A stretch of 64,000 nt of DNA from Eledone cirrhosa (GCA_964016885.1 OZ024740.1:53010001-53074000), one strand, 5' to 3'; numbered from the stretch's first letter, positions 42,322 through 55,055 are shown. The notes: a model not told the origin generated them from the letters alone. A program made the numbers and translations.

Positions 42322-42962
42322 TGTATATGTACATATATATACGTTTAAATGTGGTGGTTACCACACCACTGGGTAGAATTGGTCATTCTGCAATGTTAAC
42401 CATGACGTAATATGAGAAAAACACTCGTCGTAATGCAACTCATCCATCTTGAATGTTGAATCTTGTTTTTCTTTGTTTTTCTTTGCTTGTTTCCTTAAAG
42501 CTTACCATCATTCCGTTGGTATACATCTGTTACTCAATTTACACCTGAAGAGGTCTCACGTTTCTTACGCAACCTGACCACCGACCACCGACCACTGACC
42601 ACCGTGTCTTTTCATTCGCCCACACGGTCTCGAACTGAAGTTCTGTTACCGTTGTGGTCTTGGATTTTCTCAAATTAAATTGCTCGCACATCCCTCGATT
42701 TACAGATTTTTCGCTGTTTTCTACCCTTTTTTCCCTTTTCTCTTCTATTTTCCATCCATCCCTCCTCTGTTTTCTCAATAACTTACCCAGTTATTGAACG
42801 CTTCGGGGGTAGATATATTATCTATAAAGCCTTGAAATATCCGAGATCCCCAGTAGACAACTGATGAGGAAAACGCCCCCCCCCCGTTCTTGCTTTCTTC
42901 TTATTCTCATTCCAATTTTAACCCTAAGTTAACTAGCAACTACACAGCCAATCCTATTCTCC

Positions 42963-42994
<32 letters not shown>

Positions 42995-43487
42995 AATATG
43001 GAGAGTAGAATACTGCATGGTTGCACATGGATTACATGTTATAAAATGAGTCCCTCATCAGTGATTTGCCAACGATCATTGGTATTTCATCGCATTAAAA
43101 ATCATATACCTCACGTTGGTGCGACAATAACTAAAATAAGTTATTGGGCCAATTGAAACGCGTAAAGCGAGTGAGACAAGTAAACAACACAGGGGAAAGC
43201 TAACCGAAGATGGAAAGAAACACAAGCAACATGGTTATTCTGTCAGCATAAGCTGTGTGAATATATGAGCGAGTAAGTAACAGACCTTTCGCTAGTTAAT
43301 CCGATGTGAGAAAGAAGGAAAATCGGGTTCGTAGCGGACGGGAGGAAGTAAGAAGGGGAGAAACAGAGAGTTAGTGAGTGGAAGTGCGAGGAAGAGGTCA
43401 GTAGAGAGAAAGTGTTAACTGACATGACAGAGGGGACGAAAGAAAGTAAGAGAAACAGAGAGAACGAGGGAGCAGTAAGAGAGAAAA

Positions 43488-43518
<31 letters not shown>

Positions 43519-43519
43519 T

Positions 43520-43704
43520 ATATCGACAGTCGATCCATTGGTCTTTCCAATTGGTAATACTATCTATCGGTCGCAACTCGAGGTAGAAGGAGTGACGTGA
43601 ATTAAAGTGTCTTGCCGAATGATATAACCCATCGCCCGGTCCGGGAATCGAACTCACAATCTCACGATTGCGAATACAATTATCTAACTACTTAGACACT
43701 CGCC

Positions 43705-43748
<44 letters not shown>

Positions 43749-43912
43749 TACATATATATATATTCGCAATCGTGAGGTTGTGAGTTCGATTCCCGGACCG
43801 GGCGATGGGTTATATCCTTCGGCAAGACACTTTATTTCACGTCACTCCTTCTACTTGGAGTTGCAACCAATTGGGAAGGCCAATGAATTTGACGAAAGTC
43901 AATCGACTGTCA
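43520..43912. mobile_element. Two head-to-head tRNA/CORE-like SINEs (43520-43706 -, 43763-43912 +)
   Basis: GAGTTCGATTCCCGGACCGGGCGATGG box B; TTCGGCAAGACACTTTA. Confidence 0.8.
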
Positions 43913-43952
43913 ATATATATATATGTATATTACATACAACCTTGTATATATG

Positions 43953-44034
<82 letters not shown>

Positions 44035-44072
44035 TAAAAAAAATATTTATATATATATATATATACATATAC

Positions 44073-44123
<51 letters not shown>

Positions 44124-44532
44124 AGACGTAAGATAAGAAAATTATAAAATTAACTCACTTACTAAAATATCACTTTCAACTAATTAGTTTCTGGAATGGA
44201 GTAGATACATCTTCCGAAGAAGGTGTTGAGAAACATCCCGCCATCAGGAAAGTCTATTCTCATATAAGTTTCCAGGCAAAGCGAGGACTCTGGAAGCTTA
44301 TTAAAAAATAAATCAGTGAATAGGAAATATCAAAGCGTGGACTTACTTCCTAGCCATTGAGAAAATCACTGCCTCTGTGTCTGTGGCAAATTCAAAAAGA
44401 ATCGAACACGTGACATCGAAGTCAATCGGTGGAAAGTGAGTTGTTAATAAGACAGCGGCCAGCCTACTACCGTAGCAGCAGTCATGGCCAGTATTGCTCG
44501 ACAAATATTTTGGAGATAATAATAAAGAATTT

Positions 44533-44869
44533 ATTATATATATATTTATATACATATATACAAGGTTGTATGTAATATACATATATATATATCGACAGTC
44601 GATTGACTTTCGTCAAATTCATTGGCCTTCCCAATTTGTTGCAACTCCAAGTAGAAGGCGTGACGTGAAATAAAGTGTCTTGCCGAAGGATATAACCAAT
44701 CGCCCGGTCCGGGAATCGAACTCACAACCTCACGATTGCGAATATATATATATGTGTGCGTGTGTGTGTGTCTGTGTGTGAAGGCGAGTGTCTAAGTAGT
44801 TAGATAATTGTATTCGCAATTGTGAGATTGTGAGTTCGATTCCCGGACCGGGCGATGGGTTATATCATA
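44533..44869. repeat. Inverted duplicate of 43619-43965
   Basis: Both SINE pieces, the CA/TA spacer and the unique flank TACATACAACCTTG recur in reverse complement. Confidence 0.85.
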
Positions 44870-45005
44870 TATATTTAAAAAAAATATATATTTATAGATA
44901 TATTTACGCAACAATAGATATAAAACGATAGAGCAAATATTTATTATTAGCGCAGATTAAAAGTTTAAGGAAACAATTTCTTTAATTTTTAATCTGCGCC
45001 AATAA

Positions 45006-45370
45006 TAATTGTTTCTACCTTTGGCACAATGCCACCAAATATCCAATACATTACTGGTACTTTATTTAATCGACTCCGTAGGGATGAAAGGCAAAGTTAA
45101 CATCGGCGGGATTTGAACTCAGAACGTAAAGGGCCGTAACTCTATACCGCGAAACACGCTGTCCGGTGCTCTACCGATACTGCCAATCCGCTGCCCTTAT
45201 AATGATAATAATAATTGTTTCTACTTTAGGCACAAGGCCAGCAAATACCCAGTACATTACTGGTACTTTATTTTATCGACCCCGTAAGGATGAAAGGCAA
45301 AGTTAACCTCGGCGGGATTTGAACTCAGACTGTAAAGGGACGTAACTATGCTAGAAAGCATGGCGTCCAA
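45006..45370 (-). mobile_element. Two tandem family A SINEs
   Basis: Copies 45006-45196 and 45212-45370. Confidence 0.85.
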
Positions 45371-45615
45371 TGATAATAATAATAATAGTAATAATAATAA
45401 TAAGAATGATTTCTTTATTAACCACAAGGGTTTACATAAAGTAGACATTAAGGACAGTGCAGGACAATACAGGACGGTACAAATGGGCATTTCTGAGTGT
45501 AAAAAACAAAAACAGAGGATGTAACAAAAAAAATAACAATGAAAAATTCCCCAATAGGGGGGAGACTTCGGAGGGACATTTGTAGAGAAAGCCCAGTAAA
45601 AGGCCACAGTGACCC

Positions 45616-48600
45616 TGACAGATAAAAACTGTCTGCCCTTCACGGCTAAAGGAGGAGGGCGGGGAAATCCTCCGATGGACTCAGCTGATAGCCGGATCCG
45701 TCCTACACGCGACAGCAGGTGTTCGACATAAACCCACAAGTCAGCAATTTTCGGACACTGGAAGAGTGCGTGCAGGACGGTTTCGTCGCCCTGCGCGCAT
45801 CTCGGACATACCAGGCTGACGGCACCTCCATGCCTGTAGAGTTTATCCCGAACTGGCAAGGCTCCTCGGTAGCACTGCCAGGCCAGAGATTTCTGGAAGT
45901 TGTCCATAGGCCCTGGCCCGAAAGTTCTTCCGAAGAGATTGGCTAGTTGATTTTCGTCGACGCCTAGAGTTTCCCCAAGTACGTCGTCGCTCTTCCCCTC
46001 CACTAATCTTCTATAGAACGCCGAGGTGGAGTTTCCACCGATCACATTGCCCGATTGGTCGAGGGCTGTGAGCGCCTTAAGACATTCCAGTCTCCAGGCG
46101 CCCCCTCTCGGTCTTCGCTTGACCCAGGACTGCAGCTCCGTCAAGGAAACGAGCTGGGGAAATACGTGTCTAGCAAACGGCGACCACACCTGATCACCGT
46201 CGAGGAAGAGGTGGAGATATCGTAGCCTGAGCGCGTGCCTGCGCATCATCAGCCACGGCATGCCCAGCCCTCCACGTAGCGGGTGTTGACAACAGATGGA
46301 CCGCCTGACCATCGGAGCGCATCCCTTCCACAAAAAGCGAAAGAGCAAACGCTCCAGCTCAGTCAGGCGAGGCTTAGGACAAGGTACGACGGTCAGGCGG
46401 TAGCAGATGACAGACGCGATGTACGCGTTAGCCACCTCCGCTCGACCTTTCAGGGATAGCTTCCTCTCCGTCCATTTCTGGGTGAGAGAAGCCACCCTGC
46501 TCGTCACCTCGTCCCAGTTTTTGTCCGTCTGGAGGTCCGGATCGAACCAGACCCCTAGCAATTTAACCGGTCCGTCCGTCCAGCGTCCGACGACGCTGTT
46601 GGACGGCTTGGACCTGCCTCTCCAGGTGCCGAGCTGCAGGCCCACTGACTTTTCCTGGTTGATCATTGCTCCTGTCACCGCTTCGTATTCTCTTAGTGTA
46701 GTGCCGATCGCCTCGATGTATTTGGCGTTCGACACCACTACGGTGACATCGTCCGCATATGCTGACACGGATCTTCCGCATCCTAGTTCGCGCGGGACGC
46801 CCCTCAACGTCTCCAGTTTGTGCAGTAATGGCTCGAGAGTCAATGCGTACAAGAGGGACGAGAGGGGACATCCTTGGCGGACCGAGCGCATGATGTTGAA
46901 CGGTTCAGACAGGTGACCGTTCACTCTCGCCACAGAGCAGATGTCGCTGTGCATGGCAGCGATCCAGCCTCTGAAGACGGGCCCAAAGCCAGCCGCCCTC
47001 AGGACTGCCGCTAGGTAACGATGGTCGACCCTATCGAAAGCTTTCGACTGATCTAAATTGATCAAGGACCCACCCGTGCCAGGTTCCTTAGCTACCCTCT
47101 CTATGATGTATCGCATGAGGTGGAGGTTGTCGTGGATGGATCTGTCGGGAATGGCGCACGTCTGCGCCTCTCCCACCAGACCACCAACGACAAGCGCCAA
47201 CCTCTTTGCTAGCACCTTGGCCAAAATCTTGAACTCTGTGTTTAGCAGAGTTATGGGCCGGAAATTATCTATGTTATCCCCCTTTTTCGGATCCTTTCTC
47301 AGCAGTGCCACCGCTCCTCGGCTCACAGAACTGGGAATTCTCCCGTTCTGTTGCCAGTTGCAGTAGACGTCCGCCAAGAGGCCTCCGAACAAGTCTGGCA
47401 TCTGTACGTAAAGTTCATAGGGCAGACCATCCAAACCAGGCGATTTACCCCTTGTGCAGCCAGTCATTGCCTCCCTTACTTCAGCGGCTGTTATCGGCTT
47501 TTCGCAACACTTCGCCTCAGTGGCCGAGAGCCGCGGCAGTCCGTCGAGGTAGACACTAAAGTCCATCCCTCTACCCGGCCCACCGCTGCCCCCGAACAGC
47601 TGAGCGAAGTGTCGCTGAAAAGCTTCACACATTTGCCCGGGATCGAGTAGCATGCACCCGTCGTGATCCATCAAAGACCGGATCGTGGCTTTGTTGCCAC
47701 GACGCGCCTCCGCCACTCGGGCCCATTGAACGGCTTTCGTCCCCTCGTGTCTGAGAGCACGCACCCTTGCTCTGACAACGCAGCCTTCGTGCTTTGCATT
47801 GAAGAATTGGTCAAGGGCCAATTTCGCCGCAAGCACGTCGGTCGCAATGCCTTTGCTAAGCGCCTCGTCTAATTTTCTAACTAGTTCTCCCTCTGCTCTA
47901 TTTTTCTCTATTGCTAAAGCCTTACTAAACCTAATCGATTCTATTCTAATCGCTCTTTTCAGAGCAAACCACCACTTGTTGTTGACGATGGCCCCCGTCA
48001 ACGCCCGCTTAACTAGTTCGCTAATCCGGTCTCTGTAGGCCTTGCGCGCTGGTAAGGACGCGTTTAGCTTCCAGTAGCCGGGTCCTCGTCTATGAAGCCT
48101 ATCTAAGTCAAGCACACAGATCACGAATTTGTGGTCCGTGTAGCTTACTATCTTGAATTGTGGACAGCCTATGCTAGACCTATCTATTTCCCTACAAAAT
48201 ACTCTATCTAGATATGATCTGGATGACCCTATGCGATTTGTCCAAGTCCACATTGGCACATTCGGGAAAACCAATCGGTACCTGTCAGACAGTTCAAAAC
48301 GCCTGAGCAGGTTGGTGAGGCTCTTGCACCCTCCACCCCTATCCGCTAATCCCACACAGTCCCAGCGTGCATCTAAGATCCCGTTCCAGTCGCCCACTAA
48401 CACTAAAGAGCGGGACGTTCCAAGAAAGGTCTCCAGACGCCGGAAGAAATCAGGCCGCCCTGCTCCTGTCGGGGCATAGACGGCCACTAGCCTGAAAGCT
48501 TGCCCGTCTCCGCTGGTCACGTCCAGCACCACCAGCTTACCCTCTGGGTCCAGGAAGATGGCCCGTATGGCGAGATCCAAACCTCTCCGAAAAAGCACAG

Positions 48601-48811
48601 CAACTCCTCCACCCGATCCAGGACGGCTGGGAGATGCGTACACATCGTAGCCGCCGAAGATCGGTGCGAAGGCCCGTGCTTCGGAGATTCTGGTCTCACT
48701 GATGGCCACTACATCTATGTTTAGTGACGTGAGGTCGTTGAGCAGGTGACCCTGCTTCCATGACGACCCCAAGCCACGCGCATTTATGCTGCCTATTCTG
48801 AGTGAGGTCAT
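45616..48811 (-). CDS. ORF2: APE endonuclease + reverse transcriptase + C-terminal Cys/His motif (true stop lost by deletion; frame reads on to 45257)
   Basis: SINARGL, ISET, VYAP, VGDWN, SYLDRV, YTDHK, GYWKLN, KSPGLDGLP, FRPITLLN, LDQSKAFDRVDH, VRQGCPLS, AYADDV, CPRC..ETVLHALFQC. Confidence 0.92.
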
Positions 48812-48846
48812 GTTTAAAATAGAGTGGAAAAGATGGGAAAGACCAC

Positions 48847-50958
48847 TTACCGTACTTTTGGTAGAGGAGGGATGGTTTTTACATCCCTTTTCACTTGATC
48901 GTCTGGTGAAGGGACAGTTGAATCGTCCCTTCGGCTGGTCGTCGGCTCTTCTAAGAGAATGTCTGAATATACTCTTCGATTGATGGTTCCTCCTAGGTCC
49001 CTGAAATCACCAACTGCGTTGGGGAATTTCGTTTTAATGTTTGTGTATTGTTTCTGTGCTATTTTTAGCAGTCTTATGTTAGTTGGCGTTTTGATTGGTG
49101 CTGGTATTATGTAGTCCTGTTGTGAAATGTCTGTGTGTTCAATTATGTAAGTCATTAGTTTCTTGTTGTGTGTATTTATTGCCGTGCATTTGTTTTTCTG
49201 GGGGTGGGGTGTGGTTCTGCTATTTTCTTGTCGTTGTTGCTGGGTGTGTGTGTTTTGTTGTTGTGTTTGCGATGTTGGTGCTTGTGGTGGTGGTGTTGAA
49301 GGTGTTGTTGGCGGTGGGGTTGTCGCCGGTGGTGATGGTGGTGCTAGTGTGGGTGGTGATGGTGTTGGTGGTGTTGCTGCTGTGGGTCTCTTTGCAGTAG
49401 ACTTTACCCTTTTCTCATTTCTTTCCTCCCTTTTCAAAGGCGACGATGCGCTGCTTCTGCGTTTGTGCCTTCTTACGACCTTTTGCCATCCCTCTCCCAC
49501 CTCACACTCCATGTCTGATTCTGTGAGGTCGGGGAGGGGTACCAGCTCCACTCTTTCACTTGTTGTTGTTGGTGATGTTTGCACTGGAGTCTCTGTTGCA
49601 GCTGCATTTGGTATTGCTGTTGTTGTTGTTAATATTTCCACTGCTGCTGCTGTTTTTGATTTCCGTGGCGTGGGTATGGGTGCCACGGACCTATCGTTCC
49701 TGGTTGCCGCTTGTCCTGTTGCTGGTAGCCGTGGAGCCGGATTCGGAAGGAGGGGGGTTTTCTCCTTTCTCAGGGTCTTCTCGTTGCAGAAGGCCCTGAG
49801 GTGAGTCTTCGATCCACAGCGAAAGCATTTCGGGCGTTTGCCCTCAACACTTATGGGCAGTTGAGTGCCGTTATCGAAGTCTATCACATCCGGGATAGCT
49901 TCGATGCACTCCTGATTGGTTTGGATTAGCATCTCAATGGAGGTGCCGACCCAATCTTCCCTTACTTTTTTCTGTACTTGCAGTACAGTTGTTTTGTCCT
50001 CGATTCCGACGAGGACAGACGCGGCCAGCCAAGAAGGGGCCATTCCGGGGGGGGGGACGGGGACGGGGACGTGGGTCAGTTTGACCCTCACAATTTTTTG
50101 CCCGCAGTAGGAGGGCACCAACACCATTTCTTCGCTCCTTAGGGTCACTACGGATTGGGCCTTTGCCTCCTGGGGTGTGGAAAAAAGTACGTCTACGGTG
50201 GCATATTTTTTGCCTCGGGTGATGTGCGTTTTCCGCTGCCACACAAACCCCAAGGCTTTTTGTATTTGGGCCTCTGTGGCTCTTTCCACCCTACGGGATT
50301 TTGTACTTACTGTACGGTACGTGACCGTACAGTGCTGTTGGGTTTCGAAAAAATTTTCCGCTGCCTTGCAGATTGCTCGGTGTCCATTCTTTGTCACCAT
50401 CTTCTTCGCTTCCTCTAATTCCTCATTTGTTATGAGGATTGTTTCCAAGTTTTTCGCAATACCTGCAAATGAGATTGGTTTTTCTTTGCTGCTGTTGTTG
50501 TCGTCAGAGCTGCTGTTACTTTTGTTGTTGCTGCAGGTACTACGACTACTGCCTTCGCCGCTGTTGCTGTGGTTGTTGTTGGTGTTGCTGCTGCTAATGC
50601 TGTTGTTGATTATGCTGCTGGTGATGCTGTTGCGGCTGCTACTGTTGTTTTCATTGTCACTGTTGCTGTTGTTATTACGGCTGCTACTGCTATTATTCCT
50701 GACGTCAGACGAATGAACTGGGTTTTCGTATTTCCCGCACACCTGTTTCGTCGCTGTCGTCGTCGTCGTGGAGAAACATTGCATGCTTTGCACGAGACTT
50801 TTCTTTTCTTTCGTCACTTGCGAAAGAGAAGGGAGGGAGAGAGACACATTTAAAGAAGGGAGGGAGAGAGACAATCTTCTCTCTGCTGTAGTGACGATTG
50901 AGGAAGAAGAAGACGGAATGAGTGGGAGTGACCTATGCAAATTCTTTTTCGTAGCCAT
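48847..50958 (-). CDS. ORF1: gag-like protein with a CCHC knuckle
   Basis: ~700 open codons upstream of ORF2; CFRCGSKTHLRAFC; S/N-rich and P/T-rich low-complexity tracts; first ATG at 50958. Confidence 0.85.
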   Translation of the reverse strand: MATKKNLHRSLPLIPSSSSSIVTTAERRLSLSLPSLNVSLSLPSLSQVTKEKKSLVQSMQCFSTTTTTATKQVCGKYENPVHSSDVRNNSSSSRNNNSNSDNENNSSSRNSITSSIINNSISSSNTNNNHSNSGEGSSRSTCSNNKSNSSSDDNNSSKEKPISFAGIAKNLETILITNEELEEAKKMVTKNGHRAICKAAENFFETQQHCTVTYRTVSTKSRRVERATEAQIQKALGFVWQRKTHITRGKKYATVDVLFSTPQEAKAQSVVTLRSEEMVLVPSYCGQKIVRVKLTHVPVPVPPPGMAPSWLAASVLVGIEDKTTVLQVQKKVREDWVGTSIEMLIQTNQECIEAIPDVIDFDNGTQLPISVEGKRPKCFRCGSKTHLRAFCNEKTLRKEKTPLLPNPAPRLPATGQAATRNDRSVAPIPTPRKSKTAAAVEILTTTTAIPNAAATETPVQTSPTTTSERVELVPLPDLTESDMECEVGEGWQKVVRRHKRRSSASSPLKREERNEKRVKSTAKRPTAATPPTPSPPTLAPPSPPATTPPPTTPSTPPPQAPTSQTQQQNTHTQQQRQENSRTTPHPQKNKCTAINTHNKKLMTYIIEHTDISQQDYIIPAPIKTPTNIRLLKIAQKQYTNIKTKFPNAVGDFRDLGGTINRRVYSDILLEEPTTSRRDDSTVPSPDDQVKRDVKTIPPLPKVR

Positions 50959-51207
50959 GTTGTTTTTTTTGTTTAAAATAAATATTGGGTACAAACCCCC
51001 AATAAGCAGTTATTTAACCCCGAAGGGCCAAATAACGGGCAGAAAGACCCCTCTCACGAGGAGGAGGGTGTTTTTGTCTACAAGTTGGTCTAAGTTTTAA
51101 ACAATTTACAATTGTTAAAGCGTTCAAAATTTACAGTACCTTACAGAGCCGAGCCTCCGTCAACCATAGCATTCAATAATAATAATAATAATAATAATGA
51201 TAATAAT

Positions 51208-51690
51208 GATTTCTTTATTAACCACAAGGGTTTACATAAAGTAGACATTAAGGACAGTGCAGGACAATGCAGGACGGTACAAATGGGCATTTCTGCGTGT
51301 AAAAAACAAAAACAGAGGATGTAACAAAAAATAACAATGAAAAATTCCTCAATAGGGATGAGACTTCGGAGGGACATTTGTGGAGAAAGCCCAGTAAAAA
51401 GCCACAATGACCCTGACCACCAAGGCAAGTGCCCTCTTCCAGTTTTCCACCTTTAATTTACAGATATATACTCAGAGTAGGCCCATTCACTCGGGCCATT
51501 CTTGCTTCTCTCACCCATCTTTCAACAAAATGCTGGGAAGAGAGCACTTCCCTCTCTACTCTGATTTTCCTCTTCAAATAAAATTTGAAAAAGTCAATCA
51601 GAGCATCACCGAAGAGGTAAGTGCTCGTCTTCAGCCCTTTCAAACGTGTCCACCATACTATCTCTTTCGCTATGGCCACCAGACAGATAA
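51208..51690 (-). mobile_element. 3' segment of the same Tx1 family directly upstream of the long copy
   Basis: 51208-51417 is nearly identical to 45408-45619; it also contains the ORF2 C-terminus (AKEIVWWTRLKGLK...SIYL*) missing from the long copy. Confidence 0.9.
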
Positions 51691-52507
51691 TAGTACCTTC
51701 TCTAAGAAAACTGAATTTAGAGATCCACAGACATGGAACTAGTTAAAAAGAGACCTTAAAAAGGCTACAGAAGGAATGCTAATGGCTGCGCAAGAGCAGG
51801 CCCTCAGAACGAAGTGGATGAAACACCATATTTACAAGGAGGAGGCTAGCCCACTGTAGGATCTGTGGAGAGAGAGAGAGGAGACTGTGGCTCACATTGT
51901 ATCCGAGTGTAAACACCTAGTTCAGATTCACTATAAAGGCTGGAGACATGATGTGATAGGCAGGGTGATCCACTGGCACCTATGCAAAGTAAACAATTTA
52001 CCACATTCTGAGAAGTGGTATGAGCATAAGCCAGAGTCGGTGATAGAAAACGATCAGGTGAAGGTGCTATGGGATTTTAGGATACAGACGGACAAGAAAT
52101 TAGAACACAACAGGCCTTTACCTAGTGGTTTTTGACAAGGAAAAAAGATCGTGTCTGATTGTAGATGTAGCCTGCCCATTTGACACGAGAGTGCAAGTAA
52201 AGGAGAGGGAGCAAATTAACCAATACCAGGGTTTAAAGTGGGAGTTAAAAAGGATTTTGAACTGCCATGAGATCAAGGTCGTCTCCATTGTCATAGGAGC
52301 ACTAGGTACTATCTCTAAGAGTTTCCAAGGATGGTTAAAGAAGATTAGTCCAGCCCTGTTTTTTTGAATACTTCAAAAGGCATGCTTGCTGGGAACAGCA
52401 AGAACCCTCCGATACGTCCTGAATATCTGAGGCTGCAGGTAGCGGCCTGATATTTATTCCAACAAACTTTCCAGTTAAATAACATTAATGACTGAGACTC
52501 AAAGAAC
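51691..52507 (+). mobile_element. 5'-truncated R4/Dong-like LINE (CCHC + RLE)
   Basis: EGMLMAAQEQALRTK, ETVAHIVSEC, LWDFRIQTD..HNRP, IVDVACPFD, IVIGALG; (TAA)n tail. Shorter copy at 52742-52976. Confidence 0.88.
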
Positions 52508-52536
52508 AATAATAATAATAATAATAATAATAGTAG

Positions 52537-52740
52537 TTTCATTTATTGGCCACTAGGGCCGACATATAGGGGACAATACAAAAGAGTGGGACAGTGGGGG
52601 TTTACATATACAACGTGTAAACAATATAAATAACAATAACAAAATAACAAGAAAAATTCCCCAATGGGGGGATGACCACCCAGGGTTCACTCAGGTACCC
52701 CACCAATCCTGAACGACCCGAATAATAGTCTGTCATGGGT
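52537..52740 (-). mobile_element. 3' end of a Tx1-like subfamily
   Basis: Matches 7367-7440; AAAATTCCCCAATGGGGG is shared with the other Tx1 3'UTRs. Confidence 0.7.
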
Positions 52741-53048
52741 TGAAAGTTTTCCCGATTGTCATAGGAGCACTAGGTACTATTTCAAAGAGTTTTCAAGAAG
52801 GGTTAAAGAAGATTAGTCCAGCCCCGTTTTTTGGAACACTTCAAAAGGCATGCTTGCTGGGAACAGCAAGAACCCTCCGATACGTCCTGAATATATCTGA
52901 GGCTGCAGGTAGCGGCTTGATGTTCATTTGAACGAATTTTCCAGTTAAATAACATCAATGACTGAGACTCAAAGAATAACAACAACAATAATAATAATAA
53001 TAATAGTAATAATAACAATAATATATATAGGGAGAGAGAGGGAGAAAG

Positions 53049-53110
<62 letters not shown>

Positions 53111-54039
53111 TGGAGTATTTGTATATATGTACATGTAGAGAGAGAAATATTAGAAGGCCTGACAAATTAAGAGAGGTTTAAAAGGATAAGAAATAAATAT
53201 AGCAAAACGAAATATAGTCTGAGAGAAATAATGAGAAACAGAGATATAGAAACAATATAATTTTTAATGAATTATAGATATTAATTTTTTTAAATTTCTC
53301 TACCTATTCTAAAACTTTTATTAACGGTTAGATTGTGGTTAACTGGTGAGATCATATATGACCAAAATACGCCTGGTGTTGTGACTGAGTGGCTTAAGAT
53401 AAGACTAACGCCTTATAGCATTTATAACATTCTATATTTAATGGATTTTGATTAATTAAATTTCTGGGTTATTCCTGTTGCTTTTTGTGTAGCATTAGTA
53501 ATTTAGAAACGTATTGTTCTCATTAGTAAAGGTGAAATTTTAATTAAATTTCCTTTGTTTACGCTACCATCTATATTAATGCCCACGTTTCCGTGCATCA
53601 AACACCCAGAGGAGTATTTCCCAATCATCCCTATATTTCTCACTGTTACATACAATAATTTTATACAATGATCTATAAATGAATCATAATTTTACATTAA
53701 ACTGATTGCTGGCATAAATACGAGACCACGCATTTGGGCAGCATGGGATTTTATTTTATCAATCTTGCAAAGATAGAATGCAAATTTGGGTATGAACTTA
53801 CAACGTTTCTAGATATATGTTCATCCCTTTAAAAAAGATTAATGTCATAAATTTATCATAAATAAACAGGGTGAAGACCCCTTCGAATTCAGAATGCTCA
53901 TGGGTTTTGCAATTAGAAAGTTCCCCTTCAAGGCCCAATGGAAAAGAAGGCTTTTTATGAAAGACCTTCAGTCGTCCATACATACCAGTCTCTTCTCTCT
54001 ACCTCAACGATATTGTCCAAAGGATACGGAAAGACCAAT

Positions 54040-54175
54040 ACATCATGGCACCAGAGAAGTCACAACTCATTTGTATAGTTTAGTGAAATGGAACAACGTA
54101 AATATAAAGTGTTTAGTTCAAAGACACAACGCATCGTCCTATCTGGGAATCGAACTCACAAGCCATGCACCTTAA
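54040..54175 (-). mobile_element. Degenerate CORE-like SINE
   Basis: GGGAATCGAACTCACAA (box B on -) and AAGTGTTTAGTTCAAAGACACAAC. Confidence 0.55.
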
Positions 54176-54429
54176 TTCTGATTTCAACAGTTCTGACCCC
54201 TCTCAGCCGTACTTCATTTTTCTCAGCCTGGCAACCTTTTTTGATCAGCTGCCCTCATTTCTATCCCAAACTTATATATATTTCTCTCAGCATACTCTTT
54301 ATGCACAAATGTATTCGTTATATTTTCTTGCTTTGTATTTATAATCTAAATATTGTTTCTGCTCGTATATTCCAACAACTTGTGTTGTCTTGTTTCCGAC
54401 CAGATTTTTTCCCAGCCTTCTATCTGTTT

Positions 54430-54599
54430 ACTATTCTTAATTTCGGTAGGCACCCAGGTTTTCTTGCTACTGTACTGTCCTATTGCATGTGTTTGATTTG
54501 CTAACTCCAGAGAGAGAGAGGGTACTATTCCTAATTTCGGTAGGCACCCAGGTTTTCTTGCTACTGTACTGTCCTATTGCATGTGTTTGATTTGCTAAC

Positions 54600-54600
<1 letters not shown>
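54430..54600 (+). repeat. Two direct copies of a ~77-bp unit, each followed by (GA)n
   Basis: TACTATTCYTAATTTCGGTAGGCACCCAGG...GATTTGCTAACT occurs twice. Confidence 0.85.
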
Positions 54601-54638
<38 letters not shown>

Positions 54639-54782
54639 GGAAAGAGAGAGAGAGAGGGGGTAGGATGGGGCGGGGGAACACACACACACACACACATATA
54701 TATAGTTATATTTGGGGAGGGTCATATTGTTATAATATTGTCAGAAATAATAATAGAACACATTCACTGTTTGATTTGGGTT

Positions 54783-54824
<42 letters not shown>

Positions 54825-55017
54825 TGTAGGTGGTTGTTGAAATATTACTCTTAGTGAATGTGAATGTGTCTATGTAATATTGGCAAATAATGTTCTTCTA
54901 TAAAAGAAAATTATGCATCTATTATATATGTATACAAAAACGTATTACATCAAAACCTAAAATATTGGACATGACAAACATCACCACTACCCCCCCCCCC
55001 TCCTCCTCCTCCTCCTC

Positions 55018-55055
<38 letters not shown>

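Larger units (their letters stand above)
45408..51174 (-). mobile_element. Tx1-clade (L1 group) LINE, near full length
   Basis: Open ORF1 and ORF2, 3' AATAAAGAAATC-(ATT)n, ~265-bp deletion near the ORF2 end. Confidence 0.93.

Noticed and set aside
45257-45615. C-terminal ~120 aa of the 1184-aa ORF as a novel domain
   Set aside because: Read-through into the 3'UTR, ATT tail and a SINE after the deletion removed the real stop.
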